Source of the DNA: Lachnospiraceae bacterium
GTDB lineage: Bacteria; Bacillota; Clostridia; Lachnospirales; Lachnospiraceae
Length of the DNA stretch: 64,000 nucleotides
Direction of reading: 5' to 3'
Assembly (NCBI GenBank): GCA_035270785.1
Contig: DATESN010000071.1
Location: 137 to 64,136, forward strand
The notes beneath the pieces were generated by a model, which was given only the letters and a program-made list of their open reading frames with translations, was not told the DNA's origin and did not search any database. The position numbers and the translations under genes were made by a program. Below, in pieces: positions 38,277-47,993 of the stretch; position 1 is the first letter of the stretch, and the number at the start of each line of letters is the position of its first letter.

Positions 38277-39431
38277 CTATGTGTCTTTAAAGTGAATACC
38301 TCTTGCAACACTTAACACTAGACCTATCTCAATCAATAAGAATAGGGTGGAAGAACCCCCGTAACTAATAAATGGTAAGGTAATCCCTGTATTCGGTATT
38401 GTATTCGTAACAACGGCTATATTTAATATAACCTGTATGGCAAAATGCCCCATTACACCTACCACTAATAATGCACCAAATAAATCGTTTGCATTATTGG
38501 CAATGATCATACATCGCCAAATTAAAAGAACAAATAACAAAATGACTGCAATTGCACCAAATAAACCCAATTCCTCACATATAATGGAAAAGATCATATC
38601 ATTCTGCGCTTCGGGTATAAATCCTAGCTTCTGCATACTTTGACCGATTCCTTTACCAAAGATGCCTCCTGAACCAATTGCATATAATGATTGTAGTGTT
38701 TGAAACCCTTTTCCACTTGCAAACTTTTCAGGATCAAGCCACGCAAGCACACGTTCTCCACGAAAATCAAGATTCGATCCATCTGCCATTTTAACGATCA
38801 CCATTACCACTGCTGAGGCAAATGCGATTCCTCCCACTCCCATTAAAATAAACTTTTTATAATCTGGACTTGCTACAAATAACATAATAATTGCAATTCC
38901 CATTACAATAATGGCAGAACTAAGATTCTTAGTTATGATATAAATCAAAAAACTAACAATTAATGGTGCGCCTACAACAAGGAATACACCTTTTCTAGTT
39001 CTGATTCCTTTGCCCATTTTACAAATAATGCTTGCTAACAATAGAATAATACATAGCTTAGCTACTTCCGCTGGCTGCAATGACATTCCCAAATTAAGCC
39101 AACGTCTTGCACCTTTACTTTCAATTCCCAAAGGACTTAATACCAATACGATAAGTATAATTGATACAAAATAACCTATAATTGCAAACCGATCCCAAAA
39201 ATGATAATCAATTCTTGAAACAATTGTCATTGCAACAATTCCTATAATAGTAGAGATCACTTGCTTTTTTAAATAAAAAGCGGCATCTTTATATTCTATA
39301 TTCGCTTCATAAGAACTAGTGGAATAGATCATTACTAGACCAAATCCTATTAGAAATAGAACTACAAAGAGCAAACTGTAATCGAAAAAGGATATCTGTT
39401 TTTTTCGTTTCTTCTTATATCTATCTGCCAC
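38277..39431 (-). CDS. ftsW: SEDS-family peptidoglycan polymerase FtsW/SpoVE
   Basis: 384 aa with about 10 TM helices. Carries RRWLNLG..LQPAE and a PFISYGGSS C-terminal motif. Confidence 0.9.
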   Translation of the reverse strand: MADRYKKKRKKQISFFDYSLLFVVLFLIGFGLVMIYSTSSYEANIEYKDAAFYLKKQVISTIIGIVAMTIVSRIDYHFWDRFAIIGYFVSIILIVLVLSPLGIESKGARRWLNLGMSLQPAEVAKLCIILLLASIICKMGKGIRTRKGVFLVVGAPLIVSFLIYIITKNLSSAIIVMGIAIIMLFVASPDYKKFILMGVGGIAFASAVVMVIVKMADGSNLDFRGERVLAWLDPEKFASGKGFQTLQSLYAIGSGGIFGKGIGQSMQKLGFIPEAQNDMIFSIICEELGLFGAIAVILLFVLLIWRCMIIANNANDLFGALLVVGVMGHFAIQVILNIAVVTNTIPNTGITLPFISYGGSSTLFLLIEIGLVLSVARGIHFKDT

Positions 39432-39435
39432 ATTC

Positions 39436-40809
39436 TCACTCCTTAAGACTATTTACTATTTCCTTAAATCGATTGCCCCTTACTTCATAATCAGGAAACA
39501 TCCCCCAGCTTGCGCATGCAGGAGATAGTAATACAGCGTCACCTTCCTTGGCAATTTTCTGGCAAATTTCCATCGTTTCTTCTAAACTTTCAGCTAAAAT
39601 AACATCATGAAAATTATGCTTTTTAGCACATTCTGCAATCTTTTCTTTTGTCTGACCAATGAGTATTAGTTTCTTCACTTTCCCGTCGAAGGCTTCAATC
39701 CATTCATCATATATACTTTGTTTATCATATCCACCACCAATTAAAATAGTGGGTCGGGTCATTGCTCTAATTCCTTGAATAGCTGCATCTGGATTTGTCC
39801 CTTTGGAATCATTATAATAAGCAACTCCTTTTTTTGTAGCCACGTATTCAATTCTATGTTCAACAGCCTTAAACTCTCTTACTGTTCTTAATAAATGGTC
39901 CAGTGGAATATTCATACTGCGCCCTATTGCAATCCCAGCCATTACATTTTCCACATTGCATTGTCCAACCAGGTTCATATCATGAATATTCATGATTTTG
40001 TTTGAAACGTTGTCTTTTGCTTCGTATATATATTCCTGTTCAAGATAATATCCATTTGATAATTTACGAGCTGATGAAAAATAAATGACTGTTGCTTTGC
40101 ATTTTTCACCAAATACTTTTGTATATTCATTCTCGTAATTCAATATACAAATTTCATTTTTGGTTTGATTAATAGCGATTTTTTCTTTAGCTTCCACATA
40201 ACTTTCCATTGTATGATGGCGATTTAGATGGTCTGGTGTTATATTTAAAATTGCAGAAATATCTGGTTTAAATTTGTCAATCGTTTCTAATTGGAAACTA
40301 CTAATCTCAGCAACCGTAACAGAAAGTTCCGTTGTGTTACGGGCAATCGTTGTATATGGATTTCCAATATTTCCAACAACATACGACGCTCCATAGTAAT
40401 CTTTCATCATCTGCCCAACCAATGCAGTTGTTGTTGTTTTTCCATTCGTACCAGTAATGGCTACTAGTTTTCCCTTGGAAAAGGTATATGCTAATTCAAT
40501 TTCCCCCCATATACAAATATCCTTCTTTCTAAATTGTACTACAAGATCAGAATCTGTTGGGACACCCGGGCTCAAAACTACGAGTTCTACTTGGTTCTTC
40601 ATCTCTTCCGGTAAAACTCCTGTCATTACTTGAACATTTACTTCTTTTTCAAATCGTTTGTATATCTCATCTACTGAAACTTTTTCATTTTCATCATAGA
40701 GAATGGTATCTGCTCCTACATCACTTAATAAAGTGGCTGCTCCAATTCCGCTAATCCCAGAACCCACAACTAAAACTTTCTGATTTTTCCAGTTCATTTT
40801 TATATCCAA
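39436..40809 (-). CDS. murD: UDP-N-acetylmuramoylalanine--D-glutamate ligase
   Basis: VLVVGSGISG and ITGTNGKTTT. The start is either the TTG at 40809 or the ATG at 40797. Confidence 0.9.
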   Translation of the reverse strand: MDIKMNWKNQKVLVVGSGISGIGAATLLSDVGADTILYDENEKVSVDEIYKRFEKEVNVQVMTGVLPEEMKNQVELVVLSPGVPTDSDLVVQFRKKDICIWGEIELAYTFSKGKLVAITGTNGKTTTTALVGQMMKDYYGASYVVGNIGNPYTTIARNTTELSVTVAEISSFQLETIDKFKPDISAILNITPDHLNRHHTMESYVEAKEKIAINQTKNEICILNYENEYTKVFGEKCKATVIYFSSARKLSNGYYLEQEYIYEAKDNVSNKIMNIHDMNLVGQCNVENVMAGIAIGRSMNIPLDHLLRTVREFKAVEHRIEYVATKKGVAYYNDSKGTNPDAAIQGIRAMTRPTILIGGGYDKQSIYDEWIEAFDGKVKKLILIGQTKEKIAECAKKHNFHDVILAESLEETMEICQKIAKEGDAVLLSPACASWGMFPDYEVRGNRFKEIVNSLKE

Positions 40810-40835
40810 TCCGCACGCTTTAACATGCTCTTAAT

Positions 40836-41792
40836 TTATAATGCCATAAGTGAAATCAAACAAAGAATCGCCGTTACAATTGAAAAAACCGCCACAATCC
40901 TCGTCTCTGACCATCCACAAAGTTCAAAATGATGGTGTATTGGTGCCATCTTAAAGATTCGTTTTCCTCCACTCATTTTAAAATAAGATACTTGTAATAT
41001 AACGGAAATAATCTCTATTAAATAAATAAATCCGATTAATAAAATAAAAAGTGGCATTTGAAGCATGTAGGCTGTTCCAGCCACAAAGCCGCCTAACGCT
41101 AAGGAACCGGTGTCTCCCATAAAAACACTTGCGGGATATACATTAAATAATAGAAAACCAAGTAAGGCACCTACCACGGCACATGTAATTGGCGCAATTC
41201 CACTATTCGTTCCAATGGCCATCACTGAAAAAAAAGTAGCAACAATAACGGTAACACTACTTGCAAGACCATCCAGTCCATCTGTAAAATTTGTTCCATT
41301 GACAGTCCCTAAAATAATCACAAACAGCAGTGGGATTGTGAAAATACCCCAGCTTACATAATGACCTGACCAAAAAGGAATTAACATGGTTGAGCTTATC
41401 CCTGAATAGTTTACTAGATAAAAAGCAAATACGCTAGTGACAATTAATTGCGCAAGCATTTTCTGCCAAGCCCTAAGACCCATAGAACGTTTCAAAACTA
41501 CTTTTATATAATCATCCATGAATCCAATCAATCCAAATCCAAGAGTTAAATATAAAATAGGAATAATCTTTGGATATTCTTTTACATAAAAAAGAGAAGT
41601 TATTACAATACTAGTAAGTATTAAGATTCCACCCATTGTGGGTGTACCTGATTTCTTTAAATGTGATTTTGGTCCTTCTTCTCGGATCATCTGTCCTACT
41701 TTTAATTTTCGCAAAAATGGAATTATGATAGGTCCCAGTAATACACTGATTGCAAAGGAAATGATAACTGGCAACACCATTTCAAAGTTCAT
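40836..41792 (-). CDS. mraY: Phospho-N-acetylmuramoyl-pentapeptide transferase
   Basis: KxGTPTMGG, NFTDGLDGLA and MGDTGSLALGG. Confidence 0.95.
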   Translation of the reverse strand: MNFEMVLPVIISFAISVLLGPIIIPFLRKLKVGQMIREEGPKSHLKKSGTPTMGGILILTSIVITSLFYVKEYPKIIPILYLTLGFGLIGFMDDYIKVVLKRSMGLRAWQKMLAQLIVTSVFAFYLVNYSGISSTMLIPFWSGHYVSWGIFTIPLLFVIILGTVNGTNFTDGLDGLASSVTVIVATFFSVMAIGTNSGIAPITCAVVGALLGFLLFNVYPASVFMGDTGSLALGGFVAGTAYMLQMPLFILLIGFIYLIEIISVILQVSYFKMSGGKRIFKMAPIHHHFELCGWSETRIVAVFSIVTAILCLISLMAL

Positions 41793-41861
41793 ATATAAAC
41801 CCTCCGTAACTTAATCCTTCCATAACTAGTATTTCGAACAAGACTTAGAAAATACCTAAAT

Positions 41862-43598
41862 TCAATTATAATCTATTCCTTTCAAATAAGGAAGAATATT
41901 TTCAAAAAGCTGCCTAACTATTGGTGCGGCTATTTGACCACCATAATAAACTCCATGTGGATTGTTTATAATTGCCACTGCTAAAATAGATGGATTGTCT
42001 GCTGGTGCAAACCCTATAAAAGAGGCAATATATTTATTACTGCTCCTTGGTAATGTTTGACTTGTAGCTGTTTTTCCACCAACTCTAAAACCTTCTACAT
42101 ACCCATTTTTTCCTGTTCCATTTTCAACCACTTGTTCTAATAGATAACGCATAGTCTCCGATGTTTTTTGGGATACAATGTTTTCCTTTGAAGAATAAGT
42201 GAATGTTTTTTTTGATTTTTCTTTCGTATCTATTGCTGTTACTCCAAAGTGGGGCGTTATTCTTGTTCCTCCATTCACAATGGAGGATGCCGTAACCGCT
42301 AATTGAATAGGTGTAATCTGAAAGGATTGACCAAAGGAAATAGTAGCTAGTTCAACAAGGCCAATATTCTCTTTTTTATGCATAATAGTAGCCGCTTCCC
42401 CTGGCAAGTCAATATTTGTCTTTGAAAGCAATCCGAATTTTTTAAAATAATCATAAAACTTATCTGCTCCTAAACGCAATCCAATAGTAACAAATACTGG
42501 ATTACATGAATTCATGATTCCTTGCAAAAAAGTTTCTGCACCGTGTCCTTTCACTTTATGACATCGAATCCTTCTGTCCTCCACCATAATATATCCTGGG
42601 CAATTAAAGGTATCTTCCAAGGAAACAACGCCTTCCTCGAGACATGCAGCTGATGTTATGATTTTAAAGGTAGAACCTGGTTCATAGGTGTCATTAATGC
42701 ATCCATTTCTCCACATCATATTAAGCATATCTTTTTTTTCTTGATCTGTTAACAGTGTTGCATCTACATTTTCAGGTAATTGATATGGATTATTCAAATC
42801 AAACTCTGGAACATTTACCATTGCTAGTATTTCACCATTTTGGGGATTCATCACTATCATAGAAACACTATCTGCTTGCTTTGTCTCCATTGCCTGATAT
42901 GCCAATTGCGTTGCATAGGTTTGAATGTTTAAATCAAGACTTAGATATAAATCATCGCCGCTGATGGGTTCTATCCTATCTTCACCTTCTTTACCTATTT
43001 CTACACCCCTGGAATCTGTAACTGTTAAAATAGTTCCATCAATACCTTTTAAATAATCTTCATAAATAACTTCAAGACCTACAATTCCCTGATTATCTCC
43101 ACCTGTAAAACCTAGAACCTTTGAAGCCAAAGATCCGTACGGATAAAACCGTTTATAATCCTCATCAACTTTTACCCCATCTAAATGATAGGCACGAATC
43201 CTATCGCCTATTTCTTTGTCAACATTACTCTTTATTCGTTCAATAGAAGTGTATTTTAAAACTCTTTTTTTAACATATGCTTCTGTTAACCCCAACTCTT
43301 TCGATAATATCCCTACAACTTCATCGGAATTTGTTATTTGACTATGTATGACTGAGATTGTACAAACCGTTTTATTGGATGCAATTAAGACACCATTTGC
43401 ATCATACATATTACCTCTTGCAGCCTTAATACTCCGCTCCCTCTCATGCAATTCCTGGGCCTCTTTTGTATAATAACCAGAGCAGAAAATCATGACATAA
43501 ACAATCCTAGTGCAAAGACCAATTAGTAATAATGAACTTACTAGAAAGACAATCATGATTTTTTTTCTATTGAACGTTTTATTTTTTATTGTTGACAT
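41862..43598 (-). CDS. spoVD: Class B penicillin-binding protein (SpoVD-position paralog, no PASTA domain)
   Basis: SxxK = STFK, SxN = SCN, and the third motif reads KTA (GGKTATSQ) instead of KTG. The preferred ATG is at 43598 (SD GAGG). Confidence 0.8.
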   Translation of the reverse strand: MSTIKNKTFNRKKIMIVFLVSSLLLIGLCTRIVYVMIFCSGYYTKEAQELHERERSIKAARGNMYDANGVLIASNKTVCTISVIHSQITNSDEVVGILSKELGLTEAYVKKRVLKYTSIERIKSNVDKEIGDRIRAYHLDGVKVDEDYKRFYPYGSLASKVLGFTGGDNQGIVGLEVIYEDYLKGIDGTILTVTDSRGVEIGKEGEDRIEPISGDDLYLSLDLNIQTYATQLAYQAMETKQADSVSMIVMNPQNGEILAMVNVPEFDLNNPYQLPENVDATLLTDQEKKDMLNMMWRNGCINDTYEPGSTFKIITSAACLEEGVVSLEDTFNCPGYIMVEDRRIRCHKVKGHGAETFLQGIMNSCNPVFVTIGLRLGADKFYDYFKKFGLLSKTNIDLPGEAATIMHKKENIGLVELATISFGQSFQITPIQLAVTASSIVNGGTRITPHFGVTAIDTKEKSKKTFTYSSKENIVSQKTSETMRYLLEQVVENGTGKNGYVEGFRVGGKTATSQTLPRSSNKYIASFIGFAPADNPSILAVAIINNPHGVYYGGQIAAPIVRQLFENILPYLKGIDYN

Positions 43599-43663
43599 GA
43601 TGAACCTCATAAGTGCTAATTTATACAATCTATTATAAATTTTATGAGGTTATTCTTTATTAT

Positions 43664-45763
43664 CTATTCATCTCCTGTTTTTTCCATAAAAGAAGTTTTA
43701 GAATTAATAGGTTCGCCTGTTATCGGATCTAAAAATTCACCTGTAATTGGATCTATTGCATAACCTGTTGCCGAATCTATCACTACCTTGCTATTTGAGC
43801 TATTGCTACTTACACTATTGCTACTTACACTATTACCGCTTGTAGCATTACCGCTAATAGTATTTTCACTCACCGAATTATTAACGTATGGGTGAAGTTC
43901 TAACAGTTCCTTTTGTTCCGATTCTGACAATTCTTCTGTCATGAAAATATTCATATAGGGAAGAACTTCTGTCATTATCTTTCTAACAATATCAGTTGCA
44001 TATTTTGCAGAATCTTGCTCTGCAACATTTGGTTCATCAACTACCACATAAATAAGTACTTGTGGATTCACTGCTGGTGCATATCCAAGAAAGGATACTA
44101 CATATTTCCCCTGATTACGTGGTACCTTTTCTGCTGTACCCGTTTTTCCACCCATTGTATATCCTGCCGGTCTAGCTGTTTTTCCTGTACCACCTTTAAC
44201 AACTGCATTACAATACTCTACAACTTTTTCTGACGTAGACGCGGAAATAGGTTGTTTTAAAATCCTACTCTCAATATTAGATACCGTTGCTCCATCTGCG
44301 TTTAAAATTTTGCTAACCATATGTGGTTCATAATAATATCCTCCATTGATGAGGGCGCTAAAAGCCGTTGCCATTTGAATCATAGTCATATTAGACCCTT
44401 GTCCAAAGCTAGCAGTTGCAAGCTCTGTTTCATTCATTGTAGATGCATTAAAGACCAATGAATCAGTTCTAGCCTCACCTGCAAGATCTATATTTGTTTT
44501 TAGACCAAAGTTAAATGCATCCTGGTACTTTAAAAAAGTATCTTTGCCAATGGCTGCTCCCATTTTCATTAGAGCCACATTGCAGGAATTTTCAAGAGCT
44601 TCCGAAATAGATACAATTCCATGACCAAAGCGGTTATGACAATGGATTGTATATCCACCAACATTTAGATAACCTAAACATTCATATGTTTCATTACCCG
44701 TTAATTTTCCAGATTCAATGCCTGAGGCTATGGTAAACGGCTTCATGGTGGAGCCGGGTTCAAAGGTACTTGAAATACAAAAATTAGTCCATAATTGATT
44801 TAACTTATCAAAATAAGTGGACTCATCCATGTCATCTATTTCTTCTTCTGTATAATATTGCGTCAGATCCTTTGGATTATTTAAATCAAAGGTGGGAGAA
44901 CTTGCCATAGCAAGAATCTTTCCACTGTTAGGGTCCATAATAATACATGCTGTATTGCTACTTCCCAATCCTTTTCGTACTTCGTCTCTATGTAATTCGT
45001 TAAACTCTAATAGGTATTTTTCTACTATACTTTGAATATTTACATCAATTGTTGTTACAATCGTCTCCCCGTCTGTTGCTCTGATTGTCGTTCTTTCTAG
45101 TGTGGAATCATCATTTAGATAACCATATTCTCTACCATTTGTCCCCGTTAAAATATCGTTATAATATTGTTCCAAACCATACGTACCTATCCCATCTGTA
45201 TCCGTAAATCCGATCACATCCCCTGCTAGGGAGTTGTAAGGATAGACACGACGATACTCTTCTTCAAACCAAACACCCTTGATATTAGGATTTGTTACCA
45301 CATCATTTTGTAATTCTACAAAATCACTAATTTCATTATAAGTTAGTTTCCTCTCCAAAACATAATATTGAGAAGTGATATTATTGGTTATGTAGCTTCT
45401 TACATTGCTTTCGTCAATAGAAAAACATTTTTTTAAGGCAGCTAATGTTGCTTCTAAATAATCACCCTTACTTACTATCATTTTACTATCTATAATTAGA
45501 TTATATACTTTTTCACTAATGGCAAGATTCGTTCCTTTTGCATCAACAATATTACCTCTCTTATATGGTATTGTTGTACTGTCGTATTGCTGCTGAGATA
45601 AAATCTGTTTTTTATAACTTTCACCATTTTCTTTATTAATTAAAATCAAACGTATGCTTAATCCTATGAAAGCCAGTAACACCAATATAAATAGTATTAC
45701 TAGCTTTTTTTGCATTTTCATAGTGAATTTATTTGGATTGTATTTTTCTTTTTTACTCTTCAA
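43664..45763 (-). CDS. Class B penicillin-binding protein (FtsI/PBP2B position) with a Ser/Asn/Gly-rich repetitive C-terminal tail
   Basis: STMK, SCN and KTGTAEK motifs, plus an N-terminal TM. The tail reads NTISGNATSGNSVSSNSVSSNSSNS...DPITGEFLDPITGE. Confidence 0.85.
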   Translation of the reverse strand: MKSKKEKYNPNKFTMKMQKKLVILFILVLLAFIGLSIRLILINKENGESYKKQILSQQQYDSTTIPYKRGNIVDAKGTNLAISEKVYNLIIDSKMIVSKGDYLEATLAALKKCFSIDESNVRSYITNNITSQYYVLERKLTYNEISDFVELQNDVVTNPNIKGVWFEEEYRRVYPYNSLAGDVIGFTDTDGIGTYGLEQYYNDILTGTNGREYGYLNDDSTLERTTIRATDGETIVTTIDVNIQSIVEKYLLEFNELHRDEVRKGLGSSNTACIIMDPNSGKILAMASSPTFDLNNPKDLTQYYTEEEIDDMDESTYFDKLNQLWTNFCISSTFEPGSTMKPFTIASGIESGKLTGNETYECLGYLNVGGYTIHCHNRFGHGIVSISEALENSCNVALMKMGAAIGKDTFLKYQDAFNFGLKTNIDLAGEARTDSLVFNASTMNETELATASFGQGSNMTMIQMATAFSALINGGYYYEPHMVSKILNADGATVSNIESRILKQPISASTSEKVVEYCNAVVKGGTGKTARPAGYTMGGKTGTAEKVPRNQGKYVVSFLGYAPAVNPQVLIYVVVDEPNVAEQDSAKYATDIVRKIMTEVLPYMNIFMTEELSESEQKELLELHPYVNNSVSENTISGNATSGNSVSSNSVSSNSSNSKVVIDSATGYAIDPITGEFLDPITGEPINSKTSFMEKTGDE
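43801..43860. repeat. 15-nt in-frame tandem repeat (2 perfect plus 2 degenerate copies) in the PBP tail
   Basis: TATTGCTACTTACAC occurs twice, followed by TATTACCGCTTGTAG and CATTACCGCTAATAG. Confidence 0.8.
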
Positions 45764-45783
45764 AGTAACACCTACTTAACATT

Positions 45784-46287
45784 TTATGGTATTAAGGCAT
45801 ATTGTCTTACATAATCGCTTCCTTCACCAGAATATGTGATAATCTGGCCTTCCGAAGCATAACTCATGCCTAATTCTTCAATAGCAACTTTTTTGACATC
45901 TTCTAAATTAATGTTACTAATGATACGACTATATTCCTCATCATTTTCTAAATAAATACTATTTAATTGACTTTTTAGCGATGCAATATTTTCTACACTA
46001 TTTGTAATCTTGAATTGTAATTGTATATATCCAACTAAAACAATACCTGACACTAATAACGCTAGTGCGAGAAAAATAACATATCCCATATTCATATGTA
46101 CTGCTTTATCACGGTTTTTTCTCGCAGAAACACTTAGTTTTTTCTTTGGTTCTTCTTCTATTGCTATAGAAATGTCTAATTTCCTTACAGCATTCCCTTG
46201 TACATAGCTATCATACCTTTTTTCTTTTGCCGTAGTATTTCTATATTCTTTTGTGGTCTGCACTTTTCCTTGACGCGAACCTGCCAT
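45784..46287 (-). CDS. ftsL: FtsL-position cell division membrane protein
   Basis: Single TM (MGYVIFLALALLVSGIVLVGYI) followed by a coiled coil. Lies between rsmH and the PBP gene. The preferred ATG is at 46287 (SD GAGGGA). Confidence 0.6.
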   Translation of the reverse strand: MAGSRQGKVQTTKEYRNTTAKEKRYDSYVQGNAVRKLDISIAIEEEPKKKLSVSARKNRDKAVHMNMGYVIFLALALLVSGIVLVGYIQLQFKITNSVENIASLKSQLNSIYLENDEEYSRIISNINLEDVKKVAIEELGMSYASEGQIITYSGEGSDYVRQYALIP

Positions 46288-46329
46288 ATGAAAGTCCCTC
46301 TGTTTTTCCGCAAACATTTACAATAATTG

Positions 46330-47265
46330 CTATTTTTTTTCAAATACTCTTAATTTTGCACTTTTAGATCTTCTATTAACTTCTAGTTCTTCTTCACTTG
46401 GCAAAATAGGTTTTCTCGTAGTTGCCTTTCCTTTCGAAACCTTTCCACAAATACATACTGGAAATTCTGGTGGACAAGTACAAGGATTTTCATTTTTACG
46501 AAATGCTGATTTTACAATTCTATCTTCCAACGAATGGAAGGTAATAATGCATAATCTTCCTCCGGGATTCAACAAATCAATCATGCTATCAAGTGAATCT
46601 TTTAAAACCTCTAATTCTTTATTACATTCAATACGAATAGCTTGGAACGTTTTTTTGGAAGGATGTCCGCCTGTAATGCGCATCTTTGCTGGAATTGCCC
46701 CTTTGATTATTTCATTTAATTCTCCGGTTGTGGCAATTGGTTTCTCGCTACGCACTCTCACAATATGTTTTGCTATATTTTTAGCAAATTGATCTTCCCC
46801 ATAATCACGAATAATCCTATAGATGTCTCTTTCTGGGTAATCATTCACTATTTCTTTTGCACTTAACGTCTGTCTTTGGTCCATTCTCATATCTAAAAGG
46901 GTGTCATATTTATAAGAAAACCCTCTTTCAATCGTATCAAGTTGATAAGATGAAACTCCTAGGTCAAGAATTATTCCATCTACTTTTTCGATTCCTATTC
47001 CTTGCAATGCTCTTTTAACATTAGAATAATTTTCTCTTATAATCGTAATTTTACTTTGATAATCCATTAATCTTTTACTAGCTGCCTCTATTGCCGCACT
47101 ATCCTGATCAATTCCAATCAATCTTCCTTTATCATCCAACTTTTTGACAATTTCAAGTGCATGTCCACCGCCGCCAAGTGTTCCATCTACATAGATTCCA
47201 GATGATTTTATATGAAGTCCTTCTATTGTTTCTCCTAATAATACGGATTTATGTTCAAAGCTCAT
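46330..47265 (-). CDS. rsmH: 16S rRNA (cytosine1402-N4)-methyltransferase
   Basis: HKSVLL.E...L......[11 protein letters not shown] and FHSLEDR. Confidence 0.95.
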   Translation of the reverse strand: MSFEHKSVLLGETIEGLHIKSSGIYVDGTLGGGGHALEIVKKLDDKGRLIGIDQDSAAIEAASKRLMDYQSKITIIRENYSNVKRALQGIGIEKVDGIILDLGVSSYQLDTIERGFSYKYDTLLDMRMDQRQTLSAKEIVNDYPERDIYRIIRDYGEDQFAKNIAKHIVRVRSEKPIATTGELNEIIKGAIPAKMRITGGHPSKKTFQAIRIECNKELEVLKDSLDSMIDLLNPGGRLCIITFHSLEDRIVKSAFRKNENPCTCPPEFPVCICGKVSKGKATTRKPILPSEEELEVNRRSKSAKLRVFEKK

Positions 47266-47303
47266 ATACGTAGGCCTCCATCTGTCTGCCTTTACAGACT
47301 CTT

Positions 47304-47735
47304 TTATATGCCAAGTCCTAAATCTGCCATATGCTCCGCAATTTCATCCATATCTTCGTAGGTAGCAGTTCCTTCCCATCTTTCTTTTGACCAGATTTCA
47401 ATTCTGCTTGCTACACCAACTAGAACAACTTCTTTTTCCATCTCTGCAAATTCTCTTAGCGTAGAGGGAACTAGTATTCTTCCTTGCTTGTCCACTTCTA
47501 CTTCTGCAGCTCCTGCCAAAAAGAAACGAACAAATTGTCTGGCATCCTTATTTGTTAATGGTAATAACTTCAACTTTTCTTCAAATACCTTCCACTCATG
47601 ATTATCATACACAAATAAACAGCCATCTAAGCCCTTCGTTATCACAAATGTGTCGCCCAGAATATCTCTGAACTTCGAAGGTATAATGAGCCTGCCTTTC
47701 AAATCAATAGTGTGATTGTATTCTCCCATAAACAT
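47304..47735 (-). CDS. mraZ: Transcriptional regulator MraZ
   Basis: [24 protein letters not shown] is a canonical MraZ N-terminus. I consider the 22-codon upstream extension in the ORF track non-coding. Confidence 0.9.
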   Translation of the reverse strand: MFMGEYNHTIDLKGRLIIPSKFRDILGDTFVITKGLDGCLFVYDNHEWKVFEEKLKLLPLTNKDARQFVRFFLAGAAEVEVDKQGRILVPSTLREFAEMEKEVVLVGVASRIEIWSKERWEGTATYEDMDEIAEHMADLGLGI

Positions 47736-47796
47736 AAAAGTCACCAACTTTTCAAGTGTGTCTGCCACGATTGTAATAAGTTTGTGAATGTTATCT

Positions 47797-47833
47797 ACCA
47801 CTTAACACCACTTCATACCACTTTTCACCACTT
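47797..47833 (-). promoter_or_regulatory. Four direct AAGTGGT repeats at exact 10-bp spacing (putative MraZ operator)
   Basis: The minus strand reads AAGTGGTgaaAAGTGGTatgAAGTGGTgttAAGTGGT. It lies 60-100 nt upstream of the mraZ ATG and just downstream of the candidate promoter. Confidence 0.7.
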
Positions 47834-47852
47834 ATGAACCTATTTTATACTA

Positions 47853-47881
47853 ATATTAAGAATTTGACAAGTAATTTTCAA
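47853..47881 (-). promoter_or_regulatory. Candidate sigma-A promoter of the dcw operon
   Basis: Minus strand TTGAAA-17 nt-TAATAT. Confidence 0.5.
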
Positions 47882-47901
47882 GTATTTAATCATCAAAAAA
47901 A

Positions 47902-47926
47902 AGCGCAAATCCTAAAGATTTGCGCT
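47902..47926 (-). terminator. Rho-independent terminator after lgt (palindrome flanked by A8 and T5)
   Basis: AGCGCAAATC-ctaaa-GATTTGCGCT. On the minus strand it is followed by T8. Confidence 0.8.
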
Positions 47927-47993
47927 TTTTACTATATGTGGTTATTAATTATTTCTTTTGTCTATATCTAGAAAACTTCTATGTTTTTTTGTT

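Noticed and set aside
47736-47801. 22-codon N-terminal extension of mraZ in the ORF track
   Set aside because: Canonical MraZ proteins begin MFMGE, and an SD-like GGTGA precedes that ATG. The start of the extension overlaps the first box of the AAGTGGT array.
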